Shown here one piece after another: positions 10,125 to 18,153 of a DNA stretch of 32,000 nucleotides. A program made the translations under genes and the position numbers. The notes below the pieces were generated by a model, which saw nothing but the letters and a program-made list of their open reading frames with translations, ran no database searches and was not told where the DNA came from. Numbering within the stretch: position 1 is the first letter of the stretch; each line of letters starts with the position of its first letter. Source of the DNA: Sinorhizobium meliloti (lineage in GTDB: Bacteria > Pseudomonadota > Alphaproteobacteria > Rhizobiales > Rhizobiaceae); assembly GCF_017876815.1 (NCBI RefSeq), contig NZ_JAGIOS010000001.1, positions 1,650,001 through 1,682,000 on the forward strand, read 5' to 3'.

Positions 10125-11677
10125 CCGTCAGGATCTACATTCCCCGGGATGCGGCGGCCCTTGCGCTTGGCGCCGAAAAGGTGGTGGAGGCGATGGCCGG
10201 CGAGATTGCCGCACGCGGGCTCGACGCCACGATCGTCCGCAACGGCTCGCGCGGCATGCACTGGCTTGAGCCGCTGGTCGAAGTCGAAACGGCCGGAGGG
10301 CGCGTCGCCTACGGCCCGGTGAAGGCGAGCGACGTCGCCTCGCTTCTCGATGCCGGGCTGATTTCGGGTGGCGCGCATCCGCTCTGCCTCGGCAAGACCG
10401 AGGAGATTCCATTTCTCAAGCGACAGACGCGGCTTACCTTTGCCCGCTGCGGCGTCATCGATCCTCTCTCGCTCGAAGATTATCGCGCTCATCGGGGCTT
10501 GCTCGGTCTCGAGCGGGCGATCGCAATGCAACCAGCGGCGATCGTTGCCGAGGTCACCGAAAGCGGCCTTCGCGGCCGCGGCGGCGCCGGCTTCCCGACC
10601 GGCATCAAATGGAAGACCGTCCTGGAGGCGCGAGGGCCGCGGAAATACATCGTCTGCAATGCCGACGAGGGCGACAGCGGGACTTTTGCCGACCGGATGA
10701 TCATGGAAGGTGATCCCTTCGTGCTGATCGAAGGCATGGCGATCGCCGGTATCGCGACCGGTGCGACCAAGGGCTACATCTATACCCGTTCGGAATATCC
10801 GCATGCGATCGCGGTGATGAGCGCGGCGATCGAGATCGCCCGGGCCGCCGGTGTGCTCGGCGCTTCGGTGCTCGGCTCGGCGCACGCCTTCGACATGGAA
10901 GTGCGCACCGGCGCCGGCGCCTATGTCTGCGGCGAGGAGACCTCGCTCCTGAACAGCCTCGAAGGCAAGCGCGGGCTCGTGCGCGCCAAGCCGCCGCTGC
11001 CGGCACACAAGGGTCTTTTCGACCGCCCGACCGTCATCAACAACGTCATCTCGCTTGCTTCCGTGCCGGTGATCCTCGACAAGGGCGCCGGTTACTATCG
11101 CGATTTCGGCATGGGCCGGTCGCGCGGAACGATCCCGCTGCAGATCGCCGGCAACGTCAAGCATGGAGGGCTCTTCGAGACCGCATTCGGCCTGACGCTC
11201 GGCGAGATCGTCGACGAGATCGGCGGCGGCACGGCGAGCGCCCGGCCGGTCAAGGCCGTCCAGGTCGGCGGCCCGCTCGGCGCCTATTTCCCGCGGGCGC
11301 TGTTCGATACGCCCTTCGACTACGAGGCATTTGCCGCCAGAGACGGGCTCATCGGTCATGCCGGCATCGTCGTCTTCGACGACACGGCAGACATGCTGAA
11401 GCAGGCGCGTTTCGCGATGGAATTCTGTGCCGTCGAAAGCTGCGGCAAGTGCACCCCCTGCCGCATCGGTTCGACACGCGGCGTCGAGGTGGCCGACAGG
11501 ATTGCCGCCGGCATCGAGCCGGAGAAGAACCGCGAACTGCTCGCCGATCTCTGCAACACGATGAAGTTCGGTTCCCTCTGCGCCCTTGGCGGCTTCACGC
11601 CCTATCCGGTGATGAGCGCGATGACGCACTTCCCGGAGGATTTTTCACCGGTGCCGGTGGTGGAGGCTGCGGAATGA
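10121..11677 (+). CDS. fdsB: NAD-dependent formate dehydrogenase beta subunit (NuoF-like, FMN/NAD/4Fe-4S)
   Basis: 518 aa. GAGAYVCGEETSLLNSLEG (FMN/NADH site) and ESCGKCTPCRIG (4Fe-4S). ATGA start/stop overlap with fdsG. Confidence 0.9.
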   Translation: MTVRIYIPRDAAALALGAEKVVEAMAGEIAARGLDATIVRNGSRGMHWLEPLVEVETAGGRVAYGPVKASDVASLLDAGLISGGAHPLCLGKTEEIPFLKRQTRLTFARCGVIDPLSLEDYRAHRGLLGLERAIAMQPAAIVAEVTESGLRGRGGAGFPTGIKWKTVLEARGPRKYIVCNADEGDSGTFADRMIMEGDPFVLIEGMAIAGIATGATKGYIYTRSEYPHAIAVMSAAIEIARAAGVLGASVLGSAHAFDMEVRTGAGAYVCGEETSLLNSLEGKRGLVRAKPPLPAHKGLFDRPTVINNVISLASVPVILDKGAGYYRDFGMGRSRGTIPLQIAGNVKHGGLFETAFGLTLGEIVDEIGGGTASARPVKAVQVGGPLGAYFPRALFDTPFDYEAFAARDGLIGHAGIVVFDDTADMLKQARFAMEFCAVESCGKCTPCRIGSTRGVEVADRIAAGIEPEKNRELLADLCNTMKFGSLCALGGFTPYPVMSAMTHFPEDFSPVPVVEAAE

Positions 11678-11699
11678 TGAGCCTTGCACGTCGAGATTT

Positions 11700-11760
11700 G
11701 CCCCTCACGCTTTATGCTGGGAAGCCCCTCACGCTTTATTCTCGGAAGCCCCTCACCCTA
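11700..11760. repeat. 24-bp tandem repeat, about 2.5 copies
   Basis: GCCCCTCACGCTTTATGCTGGGAA (11700-11723), GCCCCTCACGCTTTATTCTCGGAA (11724-11747), GCCCCTCACCCTAAC... (11748-). The third copy merges into the palindromic element. Confidence 0.8.
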
Positions 11761-11885
11761 ACCCTCTCCCCGCAAGCGGGGAGAGGGGACAGCCCATGTG
11801 CGGCGGCTGCGGTTGCGCAGGACGGTGCGGCATATCCCTTCTCCCCGCGAGCGGGGAGAAGGTGGCGGCAGCCGGATGAGGGGCG
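11748..11885. repeat. REP/RIME-like palindromic element inside the fdsB-fdsA spacer (inverted copy of 8424-8553)
   Basis: Hairpins CCCTCTCCCCGC-AA-GCGGGGAGAGGG (11762-11787) and CCTTCTCCCCGC-GA-GCGGGGAGAAGG (11837-11862), followed by TGGCGGCAGCCGGATGAGGGGC. This is the reverse complement of the 8424-8471 module with only a few mismatches. Confidence 0.8.
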
Positions 11886-11936
11886 GACGGCAGAGTCGGC
11901 AATCGCCCCGAACGCAATTTTTCAGGAGGCCCGCTA

Positions 11937-14816
11937 ATGTCTCTCATTCATGAAATCGACTACGGCACTCCTGCTTCCAAATCCGAAAAGCTGGTGACGC
12001 TGACGATCGACGGACGCGAGATCACGGTGCCGGAAGGCACGTCGATCATGCGCGCGGCAATGGAAGCGGGCATCGAGGTGCCGAAGCTTTGCGCATCCGA
12101 CATGATGGATGCCTTCGGTTCCTGCCGGCTCTGTCTCGTAGAGATCGACGGGCGCGCCGGCATGCCGGCCTCCTGCACGACGCCGGTCGCTGCGGGCATC
12201 AGCGTTTCGACGCAGACGCAGCGGCTGAAGGATGTCCGCCGCGGCGTCATGGAGCTCTATATTTCCGACCACCCGCTCGACTGCCTCACCTGCGCGGCCA
12301 ATGGCGATTGCGAGCTGCAGGACATGGCCGGTGCCGTGGGCCTGCGCGACGTGCGCTACGGCTATGACGGCGAAAACCATGTGACGGCGCGCAATAATGG
12401 CGAGATCAACGCCAAATGGGCGCCGAAGGACGAATCGAACCCGTATTTCACCTATGATCCGGCCAAGTGCATCGTCTGCTCGCGCTGCGTGCGGGCCTGC
12501 GAGGAAGTGCAGGGCACCTTCGCGCTGACGATCAGCGGCCGCGGCTTCGATTCGCGCGTCTCCGCCGGCATGAACGAGGATTTCGTTTCCTCCGAATGCG
12601 TCTCCTGCGGCGCCTGCGTGCAGGCTTGCCCCACGGCGACGCTGACGGAAAAATCGGTGATCGAGATCGGCCAGCCCGAGCATTCGGTCGTCACCACCTG
12701 CGCCTATTGCGGCGTCGGCTGCTCGTTCAAGGCGGAGATGCGCGGCGAGGAGCTGGTGCGCATGGTGCCCTGGAAGGACGGCCAGGCGAATCGCGGCCAT
12801 TCCTGCGTCAAGGGCCGCTTCGCCTATGGTTACTCCAACCACAGGGACCGCATCCTCAATCCCATGGTCCGCGAGAAGGTCACCGACCCCTGGCGCGAGG
12901 TCACCTGGGAAGAGGCTTTCGCGCATGTCGCCTCCGAGTTCCGCCGCATCCAGTACCAGTACGGCCGCGATTCCGTCGGCGGCATCACGTCTTCGCGCTG
13001 CACCAATGAGGAAACCTTTCTGGTGCAGAAGCTGGTGCGTGCCGGTTTCGGCAACAACAATGTCGACACCTGCGCCCGCGTCTGCCATTCGCCGACCGGC
13101 TACGGCCTCAACCAGACCTTCGGCACCTCCGCCGGTACGCAGGATTTCGACAGCGTGGAGCACACGGATGTTGCGGTCATCATCGGTGCCAACCCGACCG
13201 ACGGCCATCCGGTCTTCGCCTCGCGGCTGAAGAAGCGGCTGCGCCAGGGCGCCAAGCTGATCGTCATCGATCCGCGCCGGATCGACCTCGTCCGCTCGGC
13301 CCATGTCGAAGCGTCGTACCACCTGCCGCTGAAGCCCGGTACCAACGTCGCCATCCTGACGGCGATTGCGCATGTCATCGTCACGGAAGGCCTTGCCAAC
13401 GAAGCCTTCATCCGCGAGCGCTGCGACTGGTCGGAATTCGAAGACTGGGCGGCCTTCGTCGCCGAGCCCCATCACAGCCCGGAAGCGACCGAAGCATATA
13501 CCGGCGTTCCGCCGGAACTGGTGCGCGGGGCCGCGCGGCTTTACGCCACGGGCGGCAACGGCGCGATCTATTACGGCCTCGGCGTCACCGAGCACAGCCA
13601 GGGCTCGACGACAGTGATGGCGATCGCCAACCTTGCCATGCTCACCGGCAACATCGGCCGGCCTGGCGTCGGGGTCAATCCGTTGCGCGGCCAGAACAAC
13701 GTCCAGGGCTCCTGCGACATGGGCTCCTTCCCGCACGAGCTTCCCGGCTACCGGCATATTTCGGACGATGCGACGCGCGAGATCTTCGAGAAGCTCTGGG
13801 GCGTGACGCTCAATCATGAGCCGGGCCTGCGCATCCCCAACATGCTCGACGCCGCCGTCGAGGGCACCTTCAAGGGGCTCTACGTGCAGGGCGAGGACAT
13901 ACTGCAGTCGGATCCGGACACGAAGCACGTCGCCGCCGGCCTTGCCGCAATGGAATGCGTCGTGGTGCACGATCTCTTCCTCAACGAGACGGCCAACTAC
14001 GCCCATGTCTTCCTGCCCGGATCGACCTTCCTCGAAAAGGACGGAACCTTCACCAATGCCGAGCGCCGCATCAACCGCGTCCGGCGCGTCATGCGGCCGA
14101 AGAACGGCTATGCCGATTGGGAGGTGACGCAGAAGATGGCGCAAGCCATGGGGCTTGCCTGGAACTACCGCCATCCGTCCGAGATCATGGACGAGATCGC
14201 GGCGACGACGCCGAGCTTTGCCATGGTCTCCTACGACTATCTGGACAAGATGGGCTCGGTGCAGTGGCCGTGCAATGAAAAGGCGCCGCTCGGCTCGCCC
14301 ATCATGCATGTCGACGGTTTCGTGCGCGGCAAGGGCAAGTTCATCCGCACCGAATATGTGGCGACCGACGAGAGGACCGGCCCGCGCTTCCCGCTGCTTC
14401 TGACGACCGGCCGTATTCTCAGCCAGTACAATGTCGGCGCCCAGACGCGGCGCACGGAGAACGTCGTCTGGCATGCGGAAGACCGGCTGGAAATCCACCC
14501 GCACGACGCGGAGCAGCGCGGCATCCGCGACGGGGACTGGGTCAGGCTCGCCAGCCGCTCGGGCGACACGACGCTCCGCGCGCTGATCACCGACCGCGTC
14601 GCACCGGGCGTCGTCTATACGACCTTCCATCACCCGTCGACGCAGGCGAACGTCATCACCACGGACTTTACCGACTGGGCGACCAACTGCCCGGAATACA
14701 AGGTGACCGCGGTGCAGGTCTCGCCGTCGAACGGTCCCTCCGACTGGCAGCGCGACTATGACGAGCAGGCTCGCCAGTCGCGTCGCATTGCCGGCAAGCT
14801 GGAGGCGGCGGAATAG
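11937..14816 (+). CDS. fdsA: NAD-dependent formate dehydrogenase alpha (catalytic molybdopterin) subunit, Cys-type
   Basis: 959 aa. N-terminal Fe-S motifs (SCRLCLVE, CIVCSRCVRAC, CVSCGACVQACP, CAYCGVGCSF) and a Mo-bisPGD oxidoreductase body with active-site ARVCHSPTG. No in-frame TGA. AGGAGG 7 nt upstream of the ATG. Confidence 0.93.
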   Translation: MSLIHEIDYGTPASKSEKLVTLTIDGREITVPEGTSIMRAAMEAGIEVPKLCASDMMDAFGSCRLCLVEIDGRAGMPASCTTPVAAGISVSTQTQRLKDVRRGVMELYISDHPLDCLTCAANGDCELQDMAGAVGLRDVRYGYDGENHVTARNNGEINAKWAPKDESNPYFTYDPAKCIVCSRCVRACEEVQGTFALTISGRGFDSRVSAGMNEDFVSSECVSCGACVQACPTATLTEKSVIEIGQPEHSVVTTCAYCGVGCSFKAEMRGEELVRMVPWKDGQANRGHSCVKGRFAYGYSNHRDRILNPMVREKVTDPWREVTWEEAFAHVASEFRRIQYQYGRDSVGGITSSRCTNEETFLVQKLVRAGFGNNNVDTCARVCHSPTGYGLNQTFGTSAGTQDFDSVEHTDVAVIIGANPTDGHPVFASRLKKRLRQGAKLIVIDPRRIDLVRSAHVEASYHLPLKPGTNVAILTAIAHVIVTEGLANEAFIRERCDWSEFEDWAAFVAEPHHSPEATEAYTGVPPELVRGAARLYATGGNGAIYYGLGVTEHSQGSTTVMAIANLAMLTGNIGRPGVGVNPLRGQNNVQGSCDMGSFPHELPGYRHISDDATREIFEKLWGVTLNHEPGLRIPNMLDAAVEGTFKGLYVQGEDILQSDPDTKHVAAGLAAMECVVVHDLFLNETANYAHVFLPGSTFLEKDGTFTNAERRINRVRRVMRPKNGYADWEVTQKMAQAMGLAWNYRHPSEIMDEIAATTPSFAMVSYDYLDKMGSVQWPCNEKAPLGSPIMHVDGFVRGKGKFIRTEYVATDERTGPRFPLLLTTGRILSQYNVGAQTRRTENVVWHAEDRLEIHPHDAEQRGIRDGDWVRLASRSGDTTLRALITDRVAPGVVYTTFHHPSTQANVITTDFTDWATNCPEYKVTAVQVSPSNGPSDWQRDYDEQARQSRRIAGKLEAAE

Positions 14817-14824
14817 GAGCGAGA

Positions 14825-15697
14825 ATGGCGGGCAAGCGAGTTTCGTCCTCTCCATCCGGAACGACGGCGACGGTCCCGGAGGCTGCGCGGCGCGGCGGCA
14901 TCCTCGTCGCGCAGTCGCGCGTGGTGCCCGAGGAAACGCCGGTCGCCTTCACCTATGGCGGTTCGACGCATGCGGTGATGATGGCGACACCTGCCGATCT
15001 CGAGGATTTCGCCATCGGCTTCAGCCTGACCGAAGGGATCATCACCGGTCCCGAACAGATCGACGACATAGACATCGTCGTCGAGGAAAAGGGCATCGAC
15101 CTGCAGATCAGGCTCGAGGACGAACAGAACGACGCTCTGCGGCTCAGACGTCGCCACATGGCCGGGCCGGTCGGCTGCGGTCTCTGCGGCATAGAGTCGA
15201 TCGATGAGGCCGTTCGCCCGACGCCGGACGTCTCCGGCTCCCTGCTTCGCCTTTCCGAGCAGGACGTGGTGGACGCCGTCGCGCTTCTCAATGGACAGCA
15301 GCCGCTGCATTTCGAGACACGGGCTGTGCACGGTGCGGCCTTCTACGTGCCGGGACGCGGGCTGATCGCGGTTCGCGAGGATGTCGGGCGTCACAATGCG
15401 CTGGACAAGCTCACCGGAGCGGCCGCGCGCGCCGGCTTCAGGGGCGCCCAGGGCGCGGTTGTCGTCACGTCGCGGGTGTCGGTCGAGATGGTGCAGAAAA
15501 CCGCGATCGTCGGAAGCCCGGTGATCATCGCCATTTCCGCACCGACGGCGCTCGCCATCCGCACGGCGGAAGGGGCGGGCATGACCCTCATCGCACTTGT
15601 CCGCGGTGACGAGTTTGAAATCTTCACGCATGCGGAGCGCATCATCCGAAACGACGAGGAGCCTGCGTCCTTATCCGCCCGCGTGCCGCTATTCTGA
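14825..15697 (+). CDS. fdhD: Formate dehydrogenase accessory sulfurtransferase FdhD (FdsC)
   Basis: 290 aa. Conserved GPVGCGLCG loop and HNALDKL motif. Starts 8 nt after the fdsA stop with a GGAG upstream. Confidence 0.9.
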   Translation: MAGKRVSSSPSGTTATVPEAARRGGILVAQSRVVPEETPVAFTYGGSTHAVMMATPADLEDFAIGFSLTEGIITGPEQIDDIDIVVEEKGIDLQIRLEDEQNDALRLRRRHMAGPVGCGLCGIESIDEAVRPTPDVSGSLLRLSEQDVVDAVALLNGQQPLHFETRAVHGAAFYVPGRGLIAVREDVGRHNALDKLTGAAARAGFRGAQGAVVVTSRVSVEMVQKTAIVGSPVIIAISAPTALAIRTAEGAGMTLIALVRGDEFEIFTHAERIIRNDEEPASLSARVPLF

Positions 15698-15714
15698 ATC
15701 CGGAGCAATCGTTC

Positions 15715-15948
15715 ATGTCTGACCCCAACGCCAAGCTCGTCTATATGGCAAACCAAATTGCCACTTTCTTCCTGACCCAGCCGGCGGCGGGGGCGGCCGA
15801 GGGCGTGGCGACGCACATCAACAAATATTGGGAGCCGCGCATGCGCCGCAAGCTCTTCGAGCATATCGCGCATGGCGGTGAAGGGTTGAACCCGCTGGTG
15901 CTCGAAGCGGCTGAGAAGATCCGCCGTCCGCAGGTCCTAGAGCACTGA
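15715..15948 (+). CDS. fdsD: Formate dehydrogenase delta subunit
   Basis: 77-aa ORF (MSDPNAKLVYMANQIATFFLTQP...YWEPRMRRKL) in the canonical last position of an fdsGBACD operon. Size and sequence fit the FdsD family. Confidence 0.8.
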   Translation: MSDPNAKLVYMANQIATFFLTQPAAGAAEGVATHINKYWEPRMRRKLFEHIAHGGEGLNPLVLEAAEKIRRPQVLEH

Positions 15949-16092
15949 CAGGAAAGGCTTGCCCTTCGATCCTCATTCTTGTGCCAGTCATAGGAATCCA
16001 TCCTCTGACAGGCAAGTGTGTGAGGGAGAGCTTATGCTCTTCCCGACGGGGGAGCCGTTAGGCTCGAAAAATGAGCGCGGGTGGGCGTGCGG

Positions 16093-17874
16093 TCAGAAAT
16101 TCTCCCAGTCGTCCGCGGCGGGAGCAAGCGCGAGATTGGATCTCGTGCCGCTGCGTAGCGTCTTTGCCGTTGCGTGGAGCCGCGTGGGCGAATGAGGCGC
16201 TTCCATCCTGTTGTCGCTTGCGGGCGAAGCGTCCCGTCCGATGCGGAACTGACGCAGCAGGGCGTGCAACGCGTCCGCCTCCTGCGACATCCGATGGCTC
16301 GCGGCCGTGCTTTCCTCCACCATGGCGGCGTTCTGCTGCGTCGTCTGATCCATCGCATTGACCGCCTGGTTGATTTCCTTGAGCCCGGTCGACTGTTCGC
16401 GAGCCGCTTCCACGATCGCCGAGACGTTGTGATTTATCTCCTGCACCTGCGCCAGGATGGTTTCCAGAGCGGTGCCCGTCTGGCCGACCAGCGATACGCC
16501 GTTCCTCACATGCTCGCCTGAAGCGGTGATCAGGGTCTTGATGTCCTTTGCCGCGCTGGCCGATCGCTGCGCCAGTTCGCGGACCTCCTGAGCTACGACG
16601 GCAAAGCCCTTGCCGGCTTCTCCGGCACGCGCCGCCTCGACACCGGCATTGAGGGCCAGCAGGTTCGTCTGGAAGGCGATGTCGTCGATCACGCCGATGA
16701 TGTTGCTGATTTCCCGCGAGGATTGCTCGATCTGGCCCATGGCGCCGATCGCGCTTTTGACGACAAGTCCGGAGCGCTCGGCGCCGTCCTTCGTCTTTGC
16801 GACCAGATTGCCTGCTTCCTCGGCGCGGCGGCTGGAATCCGCGACAGTCGTGGTGATCTCGTCCAGCGCTGCGGCCGTTTCCTCGACGGAGGCCGCCTGC
16901 TGTTCGGTGCGTTTCGACAGGTCGTCGGCGGCAGACCGGATCTCGCGCGCGCCGCCAGCGATCGCGCTGGCATTTTCGCCGACCGTCTGCATGGCCCGAC
17001 AGAGGCGGACAAGCGCTTCGTTGAAGTCCTTGCGCACCATTTCCATGCTGGGAACGAAGGGCGTGTCGATCGATTGTGCCAGATCGCCCTCGGCAAGCGC
17101 ACGCAGGCCGGCTCCGAGCGAATTGATCGCGGCCATGCGTTCGGTAACGTCTGTCGCGAATTTGACCACCTTGTAAACCCGGCCGTTCGGATCGCGAATG
17201 GGGTTGTAGGCCGCCTGGATCCAGACTTCCTTGCCGCCCTTGCCGTAGCGGACGAATTCGTTGGCGATGAATTCGCCCTGGGCCAGCCGCCTCCAGAAAT
17301 CGGCATATTCGGCCGTGCCGGTATAACCGGGCTCGCAGAACATGCTGTGGTGCCGGCCCTGGATTTCGGAGAGCTGATAGCCGAGCGTGTTGCAGAAGTT
17401 CTCGTTGGCTGTCATCACCTCGCCGGCAGGCGAGAACTCGATCATCGCCTGCGAGCGGGAAATGGCATCGAGCTTGCCGGCATCTTCCGTGGCCTTCATC
17501 TTGGCTGCGGTGATGTCGGTTGCGAACTTGACGACCTTGCAGGGCTTGCCGTTTCGGAAGACCGGGTTGTAGCTCGCCTGGATCCAGATCTCCCGTCCGC
17601 CCTTGGCGAGGCGTCGGTAGCTGTTGCTGTCGAGTTCGCCGCGGCCGAGGCGCGCCCAGAACTCACGATACTCCTCAGTCGCCACGAATTCCGGCGCGCA
17701 GAAGATGCGATGGTGCTGTCCGACGATTTCCTGCAGACTGTAGCCGAGCGCCTTGCAGAAATTCTCGTTGGCATCGAGGACATTGCCGGCGAGATCGAAT
17801 TGAATGATTGCCTGCGATTTGGACAAGGCGTCGATGATCTGCCGTGCGTCACGGCTCCTGGTGAAAGAAAACAT
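16093..17874 (-). CDS. Cytoplasmic methyl-accepting chemotaxis protein with two N-terminal PAS domains (McpY/AerC-like architecture)
   Basis: 593 aa with no hydrophobic TM segment. Two tandem, clearly paralogous PAS units (about res 8-125 and 135-255: SQAIIQFDLAGNVLDANENFC...KVVKFATDIT / SQAMIEFSPAGEVMTANENFC...KVVKFATDVT). MCP signalling hairpin IAFQTNLLALNAGVEAARAGEAGKGFAVVAQEVRELAQRS. C-terminal pentapeptide DWENF. Confidence 0.9.
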   Translation of the reverse strand: MFSFTRSRDARQIIDALSKSQAIIQFDLAGNVLDANENFCKALGYSLQEIVGQHHRIFCAPEFVATEEYREFWARLGRGELDSNSYRRLAKGGREIWIQASYNPVFRNGKPCKVVKFATDITAAKMKATEDAGKLDAISRSQAMIEFSPAGEVMTANENFCNTLGYQLSEIQGRHHSMFCEPGYTGTAEYADFWRRLAQGEFIANEFVRYGKGGKEVWIQAAYNPIRDPNGRVYKVVKFATDVTERMAAINSLGAGLRALAEGDLAQSIDTPFVPSMEMVRKDFNEALVRLCRAMQTVGENASAIAGGAREIRSAADDLSKRTEQQAASVEETAAALDEITTTVADSSRRAEEAGNLVAKTKDGAERSGLVVKSAIGAMGQIEQSSREISNIIGVIDDIAFQTNLLALNAGVEAARAGEAGKGFAVVAQEVRELAQRSASAAKDIKTLITASGEHVRNGVSLVGQTGTALETILAQVQEINHNVSAIVEAAREQSTGLKEINQAVNAMDQTTQQNAAMVEESTAASHRMSQEADALHALLRQFRIGRDASPASDNRMEAPHSPTRLHATAKTLRSGTRSNLALAPAADDWENF

Positions 17875-18153
17875 GATCCCCTCTGAAATTTTCGCGAAGA
17901 AACGGCCGCGGAGCGGACGTTTGTGATCTGCTTCGCCGTCCTTCAGGAAAGGGCGGCTGCCGGTTGCTGGGGAGATTTCGAAATCACGAAGGGCGTCATG
18001 CCGCTGTTCAATCTAAATTAGTAAAGCGAACTTAATTTCTCGTTAAAATAGAAATTGCTTCTTATCTACTCGTAAAATGATGTATTCCTTCGTCACTGGA
18101 GCGACTCACTGCAGGAAACAGTGAATCGCTCTGGATATGCTAGATGCGCAGGC

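Noticed and set aside
10067-11629. 520-aa minus-strand ORF
   Set aside because: Antisense shadow of fdsB, which has NuoF motifs on the plus strand. The same logic applies to:
- 5031..6578(+) opposite glpD;
- 4057..5034(+) and 3608..4060(+) opposite the ATPases;
- 2005..2910(+) opposite the permease;
- 16723..17886(+) opposite the MCP;
- 28185..29723(+) opposite tamA;
- 6770..7504(-) and 6814..7506(+) over glpR;
- 7623..8351(-) opposite the SDR;
- 14756..15631(-) opposite fdhD;
- 18976..19782(+) opposite arginase;
- 21009..21689(+) opposite the APH;
- 31495..31974(-) opposite the cyclase.
11937-14816. Possible selenocysteine-type formate dehydrogenase or SECIS element
   Set aside because: The ORF is uninterrupted with no in-frame TGA. 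The active-site position reads Cys (ARVCHSPTG), as in the NAD-linked FdsA class.
11934-14855. 973-aa ORF on the minus strand, the longest 'novel' ORF after tamB
   Set aside because: It lies exactly antisense to fdsA, whose product has unmistakable Fe-S and molybdopterin motifs. The translation is Arg/Ala/Gly/Asp-rich low-complexity sequence typical of shadow frames in high-GC DNA, with no RBS context.
15949-16092. Possible bidirectional terminator or sRNA between the convergent fdsD and the MCP (direct repeat CTGACAGG[A/C]AAG at about 15945 and 16005; imperfect stems GGGAGAGC-TTAT-GCTCTTCCC and GAGCC-GTTA-GGCTC)
   Set aside because: The stems are short or mismatched and lack adjacent U-tracts on either strand. 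This is not enough to call a terminator or RNA gene from sequence alone.
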